Origin: Alphaproteobacteria bacterium
Lineage (GTDB): Bacteria; Pseudomonadota; Alphaproteobacteria; UBA828
DNA: 64,000 bases
NCBI GenBank assembly: GCA_965221125.1
Contig: CBDCRW010000003.1
Span: 128,001 to 192,000, forward strand
Direction: 5' to 3'
Both the position numbers and the translations under genes were made by a program. Every line of letters starts with the position of its first letter. Positions within the stretch are counted from its first letter, which is position 1. The notes under the pieces are model-generated. The model was not told the DNA's origin. It ran no database searches and saw nothing but the letters and a program-made list of their open reading frames with translations. Shown here in pieces: positions 13,339 to 23,476 of the stretch.

Positions 13339-14196
13339 CCCGGCGCCGACGCGATCGGCGATGGCGACGATCCGGTGCATCTCGCGCAGCACCGGCTTCT
13401 CGATGAGCTTGCCGTCGATCACCACCAGCCCCGTATCGGCCGCCTCGAACTCGGCGATGATGCGCCGCGCCTGGGCGATCCGCTCGGCCGACGGCGTGAA
13501 CACCGCGTTGAGGGCCGCGATCTGCTTGGGGTGCACGGCCCCCTTGCCGCAAAAGCCCAGATCCCGCGCCTGAATCGCGGCACGCTCCATGCCCTCCGCG
13601 TCCTGGAGGTCGAGGTAGGGCACGTCGATCACGTCCAGCCCGGCGCTGGCGGCGGCATGGACGACGCGCGAGCGGGCGTAGAGCAGCGGCTCCCAGGCGT
13701 TCCGGCAGCGCAGCTCGGCGGCCATGTCGACGCCGCCAAAGAACATCGCGTCGATGCGCGGGCTGCAGTGGGCGATGTCGTGGGCGGCCTCGAGCCCGGC
13801 ATTGGTCTCGATGATCACGTGCAGGCGGGTGCCGTGGCCGCGCTCGCTCAGCAGGTTGTCGAGCAGCACCACTTCGTCGGGGCTGCGCACCTTGGGCATC
13901 ATCAGCGCGGGCGGCGGCGAGTCGCTGGCCAGGACCGCCTGCACGTCGGCGATGCCGAAGCCCTCGCGCAACGAGTTGATGCGGACGATCCGCTCGACCC
14001 CGTCATCGGCCTGCGGGCTCTCGAAGAGCTTGATCGCGCTGGCGCGTGCAGCCGGCTTGTCCTTGGGCGCGATGCCGTCCTCAAGCTCGACGCAGACGAT
14101 GTCCGCCCCGCTCGCGAGCGCCTTCGGAAACATCTCGGGCCGCAATCCCGGCGTGAAGATGAACGAGCGGCGGGGTCGAATGCGTGTTTCGGGCAT
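13336..14196 (-). CDS. CoA ester lyase, CitE/malyl-CoA lyase-like (HpcH/HpaI aldolase-citrate lyase family)
   Basis: RRSFIFTPG, GADIVCVELEDG, IVRINS, IIETNAGL, FFGGVDMAAEL, GFCGKGAVHPKQI, IDGKLIEKPV. Confidence 0.9.
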   Translation of the reverse strand: MPETRIRPRRSFIFTPGLRPEMFPKALASGADIVCVELEDGIAPKDKPAARASAIKLFESPQADDGVERIVRINSLREGFGIADVQAVLASDSPPPALMMPKVRSPDEVVLLDNLLSERGHGTRLHVIIETNAGLEAAHDIAHCSPRIDAMFFGGVDMAAELRCRNAWEPLLYARSRVVHAAASAGLDVIDVPYLDLQDAEGMERAAIQARDLGFCGKGAVHPKQIAALNAVFTPSAERIAQARRIIAEFEAADTGLVVIDGKLIEKPVLREMHRIVAIADRVGAG

Positions 14197-15279
14197 GAGG
14201 GAGACCTTCGCTGTCCGGCGGTGCGACACTGTGTTCGCCTCACCTCGACCGGATTGTCAATCGATCGGTTCGACGGCCGACCGCGTCAGCACTCGGGCAT
14301 GTTGACCGCGAGGCCGCCCAGGCTTGTCTCCTTGAACTTGACGCTCATCTCCCGCCCGGTCTCGCGCATCGCCTCGATGCAGTTATCGAGCGGCATGAAG
14401 TGTGTGCCGTCGCCCCGCAGCGCGAGCGAGGCGGCGGCCACGGCCTTGGTCGCGCCGATGCCGTTGCGCTCGATGCAGGGCACCTGGACGAGGCCGCCCA
14501 CGGGGTCGCAGGTCATGCCGAGATGGTGCTCCAGCGCGATCTCGGCGGCGTTCTCCACCTGCGCCGGCGTCCCGTCGAGGACCGCGCAGAGCCCCGCGGC
14601 GGCCATCGCGGCAGCGGAGCCCACCTCCGCCTGGCAGCCGGCATCGGCGCCGGAGATCGACGCGTTGGCCTTGATGAGGCCGCCGATCGCTGCGGCGGTG
14701 AGCAGGAACTCCCCGATCCTGTCCGTCTCGGCGCCAAAACAATGATCGAGGTAGTAGCGCAGCACGGCCGGAATCACGCCGGCCGCGCCGTTGGTGGGCG
14801 CCGTCACCACCTTGCCCCCGCCGGCGTTCTCCTCGTTGACCGCCATCGCATAGACGGTCAACCAGTCGGAGTAGACGTGCGGCTGCGCGCTGTTGGAGCC
14901 TTCCTCCTCGCAGAGCTGTTCGAAGAGCTTGCCGGCGCGGCGCTTGACGCGGAGCCCGCCGGGCAGCTCGCCCTGGCACGCAAGCCCGCGATCGATGCAG
15001 GCGTTCATCGCGCCCCAGAGCGCCCCGATACCGGCATCGACTTCGGCCTCCGAGCGGGCGGCGCGCTCGTTCGCCAGCATCATCCGGGCGATGGAGTTGC
15101 CGCTCTCCTCCGCCATTCGCAGCATGGAGGCGGCGTTATCGAACGGGAACGGGACCTGCGTCTCCGCATCGTCGCCGACGCTCGCCCGGTCGCCGGCCAA
15201 CTCCTCGGCCGTCACGATGAAGCCGCCGCCGATCGAATAGTAGATCTGGCTCAGGTAGCCCACCCCTTGGGCGTCGACG

Positions 15280-17369
15280 CAGGGCTCGTTTTTTGTCCGC
15301 CCGGCGAGCGGCGTGAGGTGATCGCGGCGCTGGTCATTTCGTTTTCGCTGTGGCAGTGTAGCGGCCATGGCGACGTTGCCGGGCCTGGATTCGTCCATTG
15401 ATCTGCGTGCGGTCACGGTGCGCCCGACCTGGGGCGCGCGGGAGCACCGGCGCTGGGACCGGCTGGTGGAGGAGCACCACTACCTGCGATTCCACGGCGT
15501 CGTCGGCAAGGGGCTGCGCCATGTCGCGGTGCATGGCGAGACCTGGCTCGCCCTGATCGGCTGGCAGCCGGGCGCGTTCAAGCTGGCCGCGCGCGACCGC
15601 TGGATCGGCTGGTCGGCGGAGCAGCAGTTCCGGCGCCTGCATCTGATCGCGAACAACTCGCGCTTCGTGATCCTGACGCCTGAGCGGGTTCCCAACCTGG
15701 CCTCGCGGGTTCTGGGGCTGAGCCTGCGGCGGCTGTCTGCGGACACCCAGGCGGTGCATGGATACCCGGCGCTCCTGGCCGAGACCTTCGTCGATCCCGC
15801 GCGCTTCGCCGGCACCTGCTACCGCGCGTCGAACTGGCGCTCGCTGGGGATGACGCGCGGCTTTGCCCGTGACCCCGGAGCTGCTCCGCGCTGGCGCCAC
15901 CACGGCCAGCCCAAGGAGGTCTTCGTGTTCGAACTTAGCGATGGCGCCGCCGAAGCGCTGAGCCGGGCCGAGATCCCGGCGAACTGGAACGCCGAGCAAC
16001 ACAGCGAGCCGATGACGGCGCCCCGGCTGCGCAGCCTGTTCGAGTGCCTGGGCGAGGTGCCCGAGTGCCGCCATGCCCGGGGCAAGCGCTATCCCTTGAA
16101 GACCGTGCTGGCGGTTGCCGTCGCCGCCCGCCTTGCCGGCTACCGGGGCTCGACAGCCTTCGCCCAGTTCGCCGCCCTGCTCTCGCAGGAGCAGCTCGAG
16201 GCGGTCGGCGCGTTCTGGAGCCCTTCGAAGAAGCGCTACACCGCGCCCGCGATCACCACCTTCCACAACATCCTCGCCGCCCTGCCGCCGGAGACGCTGG
16301 ACAACGCCATCGGCCGGTGGACCGGCCAGCACGACGGCGCGCACGCCCCGGTCGCCATGGACGGAAAGGACCTGCGCGGCGCCTCGAAGCAGACCGAAGA
16401 CGGGCGGCGCATGATGGTCGCGGCGCTGGTGCACAAGACCGGCATGGTCCTGGGACAGGTCGAGGTCGATAGAAAGAGCAACGAGATCCCCGCCGTGCGC
16501 GAACTCTCCAGCAGTCTCGACCTCGCAGGCCGGACCGTCACCCTCGATGCGATGCACGCCCAGCACGAGACCGCGCGCTGCCTGCTCGGGCGTCGCGCCG
16601 ACTACGTGGTCACCGCGGTGAAGGACAATCAGGAGACCATCCTCGAAGACCTCAAGGCGATCGACTTCTCCGACGCGCCCTGGCACGAAACCGTCGACAA
16701 GGGCCATGGCCGCATCGAGCGCCGCCGCTGCGCCGTCGTCGACCTCTCCGCTGCCGAATGGGACGGCTACGCCAACCTTCACGGACGCCGCCAGGCGATG
16801 CGCATCGAACGCGAGCGCGAGATCCTCAAGACCGGCGAGCGCAGCGTCGAGGTGACCTGGAGCCTGACCTCGCTCGGCGCAGACCGCGCCGGGCCCGAGG
16901 AGCTTCTGGCTCTGGTCCGCAATCACTGGCACATCGAGAACCGGCTGCACTACGTGCGCGACTTCACCTATGACGAAGACCGCTGCCGGGCGTACGTGCG
17001 CCACCTGCCGCGCAATCTCTCCTGCCTGACCAACGCGGCCATCGCCATCGTGCGCTGCGACGGGCGCTTCCGCTTCCTGCCCGAGGCCAACCGGCATTAT
17101 GCCGCCCGCGCCCAGGAGGCTCTCGACGCGATCCTGATCGCGCCCGCTGCATGATCCTGCGGGCGTAACCGCGTCGCAGAGCGCGACGGGACGCGCCGTC
17201 GAACGGCGCGGCGGGATCGCTTTGCCCGGCGAGCCCGAAAACCGAGCCCTACCGGCCCCCGCGGACCCCATGCAGCCGCCCAGCCAAGCTCGGCCAGGAC
17301 CTTCATCGGCCCAAGCCTGCCCGCTCTCGGTCATCCCGCCCTCTCAGCCATGACTAAAAAATGTTCCTG
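15280..17369 (+). mobile_element. ISAs1-family insertion sequence (about 2.09 kb) with 10-bp target site duplication
   Basis: Left end CAGGGCTCGTTTTTTGTC, right end GACTAAAAAATGTTCCTG (imperfect IR, 12/18). GGCGTCGACG is duplicated at 15270-15279 and 17370-17379. Confidence 0.93.
15367..17154 (+). CDS. ISAs1-family DDE transposase fused to an N-terminal DUF4338 (DruA-like) domain
   Basis: N-terminal HHYL, RDRWIGW, IANNSRF, ETFVD, GTCYRASNW. C-terminal ISAs1 motifs RGKRYPL, AMDGKDLRG, KSNEIPA, TLDAMHAQ, VKDNQ, KGHGRIERR, HWHIENRLHYVRD..YDED. Confidence 0.9.
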   Translation: MATLPGLDSSIDLRAVTVRPTWGAREHRRWDRLVEEHHYLRFHGVVGKGLRHVAVHGETWLALIGWQPGAFKLAARDRWIGWSAEQQFRRLHLIANNSRFVILTPERVPNLASRVLGLSLRRLSADTQAVHGYPALLAETFVDPARFAGTCYRASNWRSLGMTRGFARDPGAAPRWRHHGQPKEVFVFELSDGAAEALSRAEIPANWNAEQHSEPMTAPRLRSLFECLGEVPECRHARGKRYPLKTVLAVAVAARLAGYRGSTAFAQFAALLSQEQLEAVGAFWSPSKKRYTAPAITTFHNILAALPPETLDNAIGRWTGQHDGAHAPVAMDGKDLRGASKQTEDGRRMMVAALVHKTGMVLGQVEVDRKSNEIPAVRELSSSLDLAGRTVTLDAMHAQHETARCLLGRRADYVVTAVKDNQETILEDLKAIDFSDAPWHETVDKGHGRIERRRCAVVDLSAAEWDGYANLHGRRQAMRIEREREILKTGERSVEVTWSLTSLGADRAGPEELLALVRNHWHIENRLHYVRDFTYDEDRCRAYVRHLPRNLSCLTNAAIAIVRCDGRFRFLPEANRHYAARAQEALDAILIAPAA

Positions 17370-18001
17370 GGCGTCGACGGCGTGGAATTCCATGCCGTTG
17401 GGATGGCCCGGCAACGGCGGGCCATAGTCGAAGAAGATGTGGTGATGCGGATCGAACACGAGCGTGATGCCGCCGAGCGAAGGCAGGTGTCTGCTTGCCC
17501 TGAGGATCGCCACGTCGGCCTCGGCCTTGTCGATATCAATGTCGCCGGCGCGATGGCCGAGCAGTCCGAACACGATCGCCCGGTCCGTCGCATGGCCCCT
17601 GCCGGTGAAGGCCAGGGAGCCATGGAGCGAGACGTGAATGCGCAGCCACGAGTCGGGCGGTGGATCCTCCGCGATCCGCTCCGCCAGCAGCGCGAGGAAG
17701 GCCTCGGCCGCCGCCATCGGCCCCATGGTGTGGGACGAGGACGGGCCGATGCCGACCTTGAAGATGTCGAAGACGCTCAGGAACATCGCAATGATGCTCG
17801 GCGATTGGCCGGGCCCCGCTGGCTTGAAGGCGACCTTCACCCGTCAGGTAGCGACGACCCGGGCCCCTTGCAAGACACCATTTCGTGACGGCCGCGCATC
17901 GGGCGATCTCTCCTCCCCGGCGGCATCGCGCCGCAAGGCGATTGTCGCGCAGCCGAGCCTCGGCGAAGATGAGACATACCGGCGTGCGAAGGAGAGGAGC
18001 C

Positions 18002-21000
18002 ATGCGGCGCATCGGCGTAGATGTCGGCGGTACCTTCACGGACCTCATTCTGGTCGACGAGGCGGCGGGCGCGATCACGGTCGACAAGGTGCCGTCCACG
18101 CCGGACGATCCGGCGCGCGCCGTAATGACGGGCGTGGACGCCCTCTGCGGCAAGGCCGGTGTGAGCCTGGAGTCGGTGGACCTGCTGCTGCACGGCACCA
18201 CCGTGGCGACGAATATCGCGATCGAGCACAAGGGCGCCGAGGTCGGCCTGATCACGACCGAGGGCTTCCGCGACATCCTGCACATTGCGCGCCACAAGAA
18301 GCCGCACAACTTCTCGCTCCAGCAGGAGCTGCCGTGGCAATCGCGCCCGCTGGTGAGGCGGCGCCATCGGCTCACGGTGCGCGAACGGGTCACCGCGCCC
18401 AAGGGCGAGATCATCGTGCCGCTGGACGAGGCGGAGGTGCGGGAGCGCGCGCGGGCGCTGCGCAAGGCAGGCGTCGATGCCATCGCCGTCTGCCTGCTGC
18501 ATGCCTATCTCAACCCGGCGCATGAGCAGCGCATCAAGGAAATCCTCCGGGAGGAGTGTCCCGACGCCTACCTTTCGATCTCGAGCGAGGTGCTGCCGCT
18601 CTACCGGGAGTTCGAGCGCTTCTCAACCACGTGCCTCAATGCCTACGTCGGCCCGCGGGTCGGGAGCTACGTGGGCCGGCTCGAGTCCGGCCTGAAGGAT
18701 GCCGGGCTCGCGCGCGGCGTGCGGCTGATGCAGTCCTCCGGCGGCATGACGACGGCGGAGAGCGCAACCGGCGGCCCGGTCAACCTGATGATGTCGGGGC
18801 CGGTGGCGGGGCTCATCGGCGGCATCTGGGCCGGCAAGATGGCCGGCTACGACAACGTGTTCACGCTCGATATCGGCGGCACGTCCGCCGACATCGGCGT
18901 GGCCGCCGGTGGCGCGCTCAGGATGCGCCACCTGCTCGACACCAAGGTCGGCGACTACCAGGCCATGATCCCGATGGTCGATATCGACACCATCGGTGCG
19001 GGCGGCGGCTCCATCGCCTACGTCGACGAGGGCGGCATCTACCGCGTCGGCCCGCAATCCGCCGGCGCCGAGCCGGGCCCCGCCTGCTACGGACGCGGCG
19101 GAGCCGAGCCCACCTCGACGGACGCGCAGGTGGTGCTCGGCCGGCTGCGGACCGACCGCGGGCTCGTCGGCGGGCAGATGACGCTCTACGCGGACCGCGC
19201 CCGCGATGCGCTGCAGGGTCTCGCCGGCACGCTCGGCATGCCGCTGGAGGAGACCGCGCTCGGCGCGCTGCAGATCCAGAAGTTCAGCATGGTGCAGGCG
19301 ATCGAGCTCAACAGCGTGCGGCGCGGCTACGACCCGCGCGACTTCACACTCGTCGCTGCCGGCGGTGCGGGCCCGCTCTTCGCCTGCGACATCGCGGTCG
19401 AGCTGGAGATCCCGCGCGTGCTGGTGCCGCCGCATCCCGGCATCCTCTCAGCCACCGGGCTGCTCGCCACCGACATGCAGCACGAGTTCGTCACAACCGA
19501 GCGCCAGCCGCTCGCCACTCTCGACCGCGCCCATCTCGCGGCGCGCTTCGAGGAGCTGACATCGCAAGCGCTGTCGCGGCTGGAGGCGGACGGCGTGCCG
19601 GAGGGCGACCGCCTGATCCGCCGCCTCGCGGACTGCCGCTACGCCGGCCAGGGCTACGAGGTCCGCTTCGACGCGCCGGCAGGCGATATCGACGACGCCT
19701 GGATCGAGGAGCTGGCCGACCGCTTCCACCGCGCGCACGAGGCCGAGTACGGCCACCGCTTCGACGCACCCATCGAGATCATCAACATCCGTGCCGTTGG
19801 CATCGGCCGCATTCCCGACCTCGACTGGCCGGAGATCGAAGGAGGCGGCGGCGGCGAAGCCACGCCGTTGCTACGCCAGCCGGTCGTCTTCGAGGTCGAG
19901 GGCAAGGGCGAGACCCACGAGACCCCGTTCTACGACCGCGTAGCGCTCCGTGCGGGCGACAGCATATCGGGTCCCGCCATCGTCGAGCAGTACGACACGA
20001 CCATCGTGATCCCGCCCCGTTGCGAGGCCGCGATCGATGCGCGCGGCAACATCGTGATCGACTGCGCGGGCGCTGCGGCGCAGCACGGGCACGACCTCGC
20101 GGCGCCGATCATGCAGCGCGTCATCGGCGGCGCGTTCACCGCCATCGCGCAGGAGATGGCGGGCGTGCTCTACCGTATGTCGTACTCGTCGATCATCCGC
20201 GAGTCCGAAGACCTGGGCGCCGGCGTCTTCGACCGCGACGGCCTGATGCTGGCGGAATCGGAATCGACGCCGATGTTCATGGGCGCCATGCCGCGCATCG
20301 TGCAGAACGTCATCAAGCTGCTCGACGGCGACATTCACGAAGGCGACATCATCTTCCACAACGACCCCTATTACGGGGCCACCCACTCGCCCGACTGCGC
20401 CATCGTGATGCCGATCTACCACCAGGAGGAGCTGGTGGGTTTCGCCGGCGCATCCGCTCACCTGCTCGATATCGGGGGCGCGTATCCTGGACTCAACATC
20501 AACGCCGTCGACATCTACGCCGAGGGCAACATCTACCGGGCCGTGAAACTCGCCGTGAAAGGCGTGCGCCAGGACGGGCTCTGGAAGCACATCCTGGAGA
20601 ACATGCGCACGCCCACGCCCAACGAGGGCGACATCCAGGCGATGATCGCGGCCTGCGAGCTTGCCAAGCGGCGCTACCTCGATCTCATCGGGCGCTATGG
20701 GCTCGCCGCCGTCGAGGACGCGGGCCAGCACTGGATGACCTATTCGGAGCAGATGCTGCGCCGCGAGATCGCCAAGATCCCCGACGGCGAGTACGAGACG
20801 GCCGTGGGCTACCTCGACGACGACGGGGTGAACCGCGGCCGCAAGCTGCCGGTCAAGGTCAAGGTGATCATCGAGGGCGACGAGATCACCTACGACCTCA
20901 CCGGCTCCAGCGAGGAAGTGCCGACCGGCTACAACGTCCCCTTCGAGGGCACGACGTGCTCTGCCATGTCCTTCATCACGCGGATGATCTTCCTCGATAC

Positions 21001-21868
21001 CGTGACGCACCCGGTCTACGTGCCGCAGAACGAGGGCATGACGCGGCCGATCAACGTGATCGCGCCCAAGGGCTCGATCTTCAACCCCAACTTCCCGCGC
21101 TCCTGCTTCGCCCGCTTCTGCCAGGTGCAGCGCGCCGTCGACCTGGTGCTCCGCGCGCTCGCGCCTGTGGTGCCGGAGCGGGTGACCGCGGGCAACTCGG
21201 CGCACCTGCACTTCATCTCGTACTCCGGCTTCGACACCGAGCAGGGCGAGTACTGGGTCTATCTCGAAGTGGACGAGGGCTCATACGGCGGCCGGCCGGA
21301 CCGCGACGGGCTCGACGCCGTGGACTGCCTCATCGCCAACACCCGCAACAACCCGATCGAGGAGCTGGAGTGGCGCTTCCCCATCCGCACCGAGCGCTAC
21401 GAGCTCCGCAACGAGCCCTGCGCCGCCGGCAAGTGGCGGGGCGGCATCGGCATGGTGCGGGTCAACAAGATGCTGGTGGACACCATCGTCACCTGCGAGG
21501 GCGAGCGGCACGAATCCGACGAGCCCTGGGGCGTGTTCGGCGGCATGGCGGGGCTGAACGCCTCCGTGGTCCGCAACCGGGGCGGCGCGGACGAGGAGGC
21601 GTGGCCGTCGAAGTTCACCGGCTTCCGCCTCGCCGCCGGCGACAGCATCGAGATCACGGTGCCCAACTCCGGCGGCTACGGCGACCCGCTGGAGCGCGAT
21701 CCGGCGCTCGTGCTGGCTGACGTGTTCGACGGCTTCACCACCGTCGAGCGTGCGCGCGACGACTACGGCGTGGTGATCGAGGCGGACCCGCTGCGGCTCG
21801 ACGAGGACGCGACCCGCAGGGTGCGGGCCGAACGCTCCGGCGCAGCGCGGCAGCCGCAGCCGGCGTGA
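18002..21868 (+). CDS. Fused hydantoinase A/B (5-oxoprolinase / ATP-dependent lactamase family)
   Basis: GVDVGGTFTD, HGTTVATN, SGPVAG, DIGGTSAD, IGAGGGS, GPQSAGAEPGPACYG, then B-domain YSSIIRESEDLG, HNDPYYGATHSPD, NNPIEELE, GGYGDPLERD. GGAG-type RBS before ATG 18002. Confidence 0.92.
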   Translation: MRRIGVDVGGTFTDLILVDEAAGAITVDKVPSTPDDPARAVMTGVDALCGKAGVSLESVDLLLHGTTVATNIAIEHKGAEVGLITTEGFRDILHIARHKKPHNFSLQQELPWQSRPLVRRRHRLTVRERVTAPKGEIIVPLDEAEVRERARALRKAGVDAIAVCLLHAYLNPAHEQRIKEILREECPDAYLSISSEVLPLYREFERFSTTCLNAYVGPRVGSYVGRLESGLKDAGLARGVRLMQSSGGMTTAESATGGPVNLMMSGPVAGLIGGIWAGKMAGYDNVFTLDIGGTSADIGVAAGGALRMRHLLDTKVGDYQAMIPMVDIDTIGAGGGSIAYVDEGGIYRVGPQSAGAEPGPACYGRGGAEPTSTDAQVVLGRLRTDRGLVGGQMTLYADRARDALQGLAGTLGMPLEETALGALQIQKFSMVQAIELNSVRRGYDPRDFTLVAAGGAGPLFACDIAVELEIPRVLVPPHPGILSATGLLATDMQHEFVTTERQPLATLDRAHLAARFEELTSQALSRLEADGVPEGDRLIRRLADCRYAGQGYEVRFDAPAGDIDDAWIEELADRFHRAHEAEYGHRFDAPIEIINIRAVGIGRIPDLDWPEIEGGGGGEATPLLRQPVVFEVEGKGETHETPFYDRVALRAGDSISGPAIVEQYDTTIVIPPRCEAAIDARGNIVIDCAGAAAQHGHDLAAPIMQRVIGGAFTAIAQEMAGVLYRMSYSSIIRESEDLGAGVFDRDGLMLAESESTPMFMGAMPRIVQNVIKLLDGDIHEGDIIFHNDPYYGATHSPDCAIVMPIYHQEELVGFAGASAHLLDIGGAYPGLNINAVDIYAEGNIYRAVKLAVKGVRQDGLWKHILENMRTPTPNEGDIQAMIAACELAKRRYLDLIGRYGLAAVEDAGQHWMTYSEQMLRREIAKIPDGEYETAVGYLDDDGVNRGRKLPVKVKVIIEGDEITYDLTGSSEEVPTGYNVPFEGTTCSAMSFITRMIFLDTVTHPVYVPQNEGMTRPINVIAPKGSIFNPNFPRSCFARFCQVQRAVDLVLRALAPVVPERVTAGNSAHLHFISYSGFDTEQGEYWVYLEVDEGSYGGRPDRDGLDAVDCLIANTRNNPIEELEWRFPIRTERYELRNEPCAAGKWRGGIGMVRVNKMLVDTIVTCEGERHESDEPWGVFGGMAGLNASVVRNRGGADEEAWPSKFTGFRLAAGDSIEITVPNSGGYGDPLERDPALVLADVFDGFTTVERARDDYGVVIEADPLRLDEDATRRVRAERSGAARQPQPA

Positions 21869-21977
21869 GGCGTCGATTGCCGCTCAACTGCGGCGGACAG
21901 AGGCTATCCCGCCTGCGGTGGCCGTGCGATAACGGGTTGAACGATTCACGCCATCCGATGACGCAGGGAGAGGACGC

Positions 21978-23426
21978 ATGACCGGCGGGATTTCCGAGGT
22001 TTACGGCACGCTTGACGGAATGGGGCTCGCCGCCCTCGTCGGGAAGGGAGAGGTCTCGCCGAGCGAGGTAATCGAAGAGGCGATCCGCCGCGCCGAGGCG
22101 GTCAACGGCGAGCTCAACTTCCTCACCTACAAGGCTTACGAGGAAGGCCGCACGATGGCGGCCGACCCCGCGCTCCCCGACGGGCCCTTCAAGGGCGTCC
22201 CCTGGCTCGTGAAGGAGATCGCGACCGACTGGACCGGCCTGCAGAACACCAACGCCTGCCCCTACTTCAAGGACGTGGTCTCGACCAGCGACAACGAGCA
22301 GGTGCGGCGCGTGAAGCAGGCGGGCTTCGTGCTGCTCGGCAAGTCCAACTCGCCGGAGGCCGGCTGGGCGCTCTCCACCGAGCCCAAGATGTACGGGCCC
22401 ACCGTCAATCCCTGGGATACGACGCGCACGCCGGGCGGCTCCTCCGGCGGCTCGGCGGCGGCGGTCGCGTCTCGCGTCCTGCCGCTGGCGGAAGCCAGCG
22501 ACGGCGGCGGCTCCATCCGCACGCCGGCATGCCACTCCGGCCTCGTCGGCCTCAAGCCCGCGCGCGGGCGCATCACCATGGCGCCGGGGGCCGACTTCTG
22601 GTACGGCGGCGTGACCTTCCTCTGCGTCTCGCGCTCGGTCCGCGACACCGCCGCCTTCTTCGATGCCGTGGGCGGCCCCATGCCGGGCGATCCCTACTAC
22701 GCGGTGATGCCGGACACCCCCTACCTCGACGAGGTCGGCACGGATCCCGGCAGCCTCTCGATCGCCATGGTCACCGCCTCCCCCGACGGCTGCACGCCGG
22801 TGGACCCGGAGGTGAGGGAGGGGATCGAGAACACCGGCAAGCTGCTGGAGAGCCTGGGCCACCGCATCACGCCGGAGACCGCGCCCTACGACTTCTGGCC
22901 GCTCTACGACTGCTACATGCGGATCGGCGCCGTGGTCACCGCGGCCTGGTTCGACGGCTCGGCCGCGCTCGTCGGCCACGAGCTCCGGCAGGACGAGACC
23001 GAGAACCTCTACTGGACCACGATCCAGCGCGGCCGCAGCATCTCGGCCGTCGATCACCACAACGACATCGCGCAGCTCCGCGCCATGTGCCGCGAAATCG
23101 TGGGCCGCATGGCCGCTTACGACGCGTGGCTCTGCCCGGTAGTGCCGATGGTGGCGCGCAAGATCGGCTACTACGACATGTCGCGCGAGTGCGACGACTA
23201 CAACGCGAACATCATGGGGCCGGACTGCGCCTTCACCCAGCCCTTCAACGCGATGGGGCTGCCGGGCATCTCGCTGCCGCTGCACTGGACGGCGGGCGGC
23301 GTGCCGGTGGGCTCGCAGCTGGTCGGGCGCGACCTCGACGAGGCGCTGCTCTTCCGCCTCGCCAGCCAGCTGGAGCAGGCGCAGCCCTGGGCCGACCGCG
23401 TCCCGCCGGTCAACGCGGGCGCGTGA
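21978..23426 (+). CDS. Amidase signature family enzyme
   Basis: GPFKGVPWLVKE, GKSNSPE, TPGGSSGGSAAAVA, SDGGGSIRTPA, GLVGLKPARGR. Confidence 0.93.
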   Translation: MTGGISEVYGTLDGMGLAALVGKGEVSPSEVIEEAIRRAEAVNGELNFLTYKAYEEGRTMAADPALPDGPFKGVPWLVKEIATDWTGLQNTNACPYFKDVVSTSDNEQVRRVKQAGFVLLGKSNSPEAGWALSTEPKMYGPTVNPWDTTRTPGGSSGGSAAAVASRVLPLAEASDGGGSIRTPACHSGLVGLKPARGRITMAPGADFWYGGVTFLCVSRSVRDTAAFFDAVGGPMPGDPYYAVMPDTPYLDEVGTDPGSLSIAMVTASPDGCTPVDPEVREGIENTGKLLESLGHRITPETAPYDFWPLYDCYMRIGAVVTAAWFDGSAALVGHELRQDETENLYWTTIQRGRSISAVDHHNDIAQLRAMCREIVGRMAAYDAWLCPVVPMVARKIGYYDMSRECDDYNANIMGPDCAFTQPFNAMGLPGISLPLHWTAGGVPVGSQLVGRDLDEALLFRLASQLEQAQPWADRVPPVNAGA

Positions 23427-23476
23427 TTTCCCCTTTGACGCACAGGACGAAGAGACACCACAGGAGACCGAGACCC

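Larger units (their letters stand above)
14286..17786 (-). pseudogene. sdaA: L-serine ammonia-lyase (Fe-S type) interrupted by an IS
   Basis: 5' part 17370-17786 (MFLSVFDIFKVGIGPSSSHTMGPM, GSLAFTGRGHATDRA, HPNGM) and 3' part 14286-15279 ([64 protein letters not shown]). Removing the IS and one target copy restores the frame ...EFHAVDAQGVGYLSQIYYS... Confidence 0.93.

Noticed and set aside
14286-15416. Treating the two sdaA pieces as natural SdhA/SdhB subunits
   Set aside because: The break coincides exactly with IS ends and a 10-bp duplication, and the 3' piece has no native start.
15367-17154. A Druantia defence system
   Set aside because: Only a DUF4338 domain inside an IS is present; there is no DruE helicase or other dru gene in the window.
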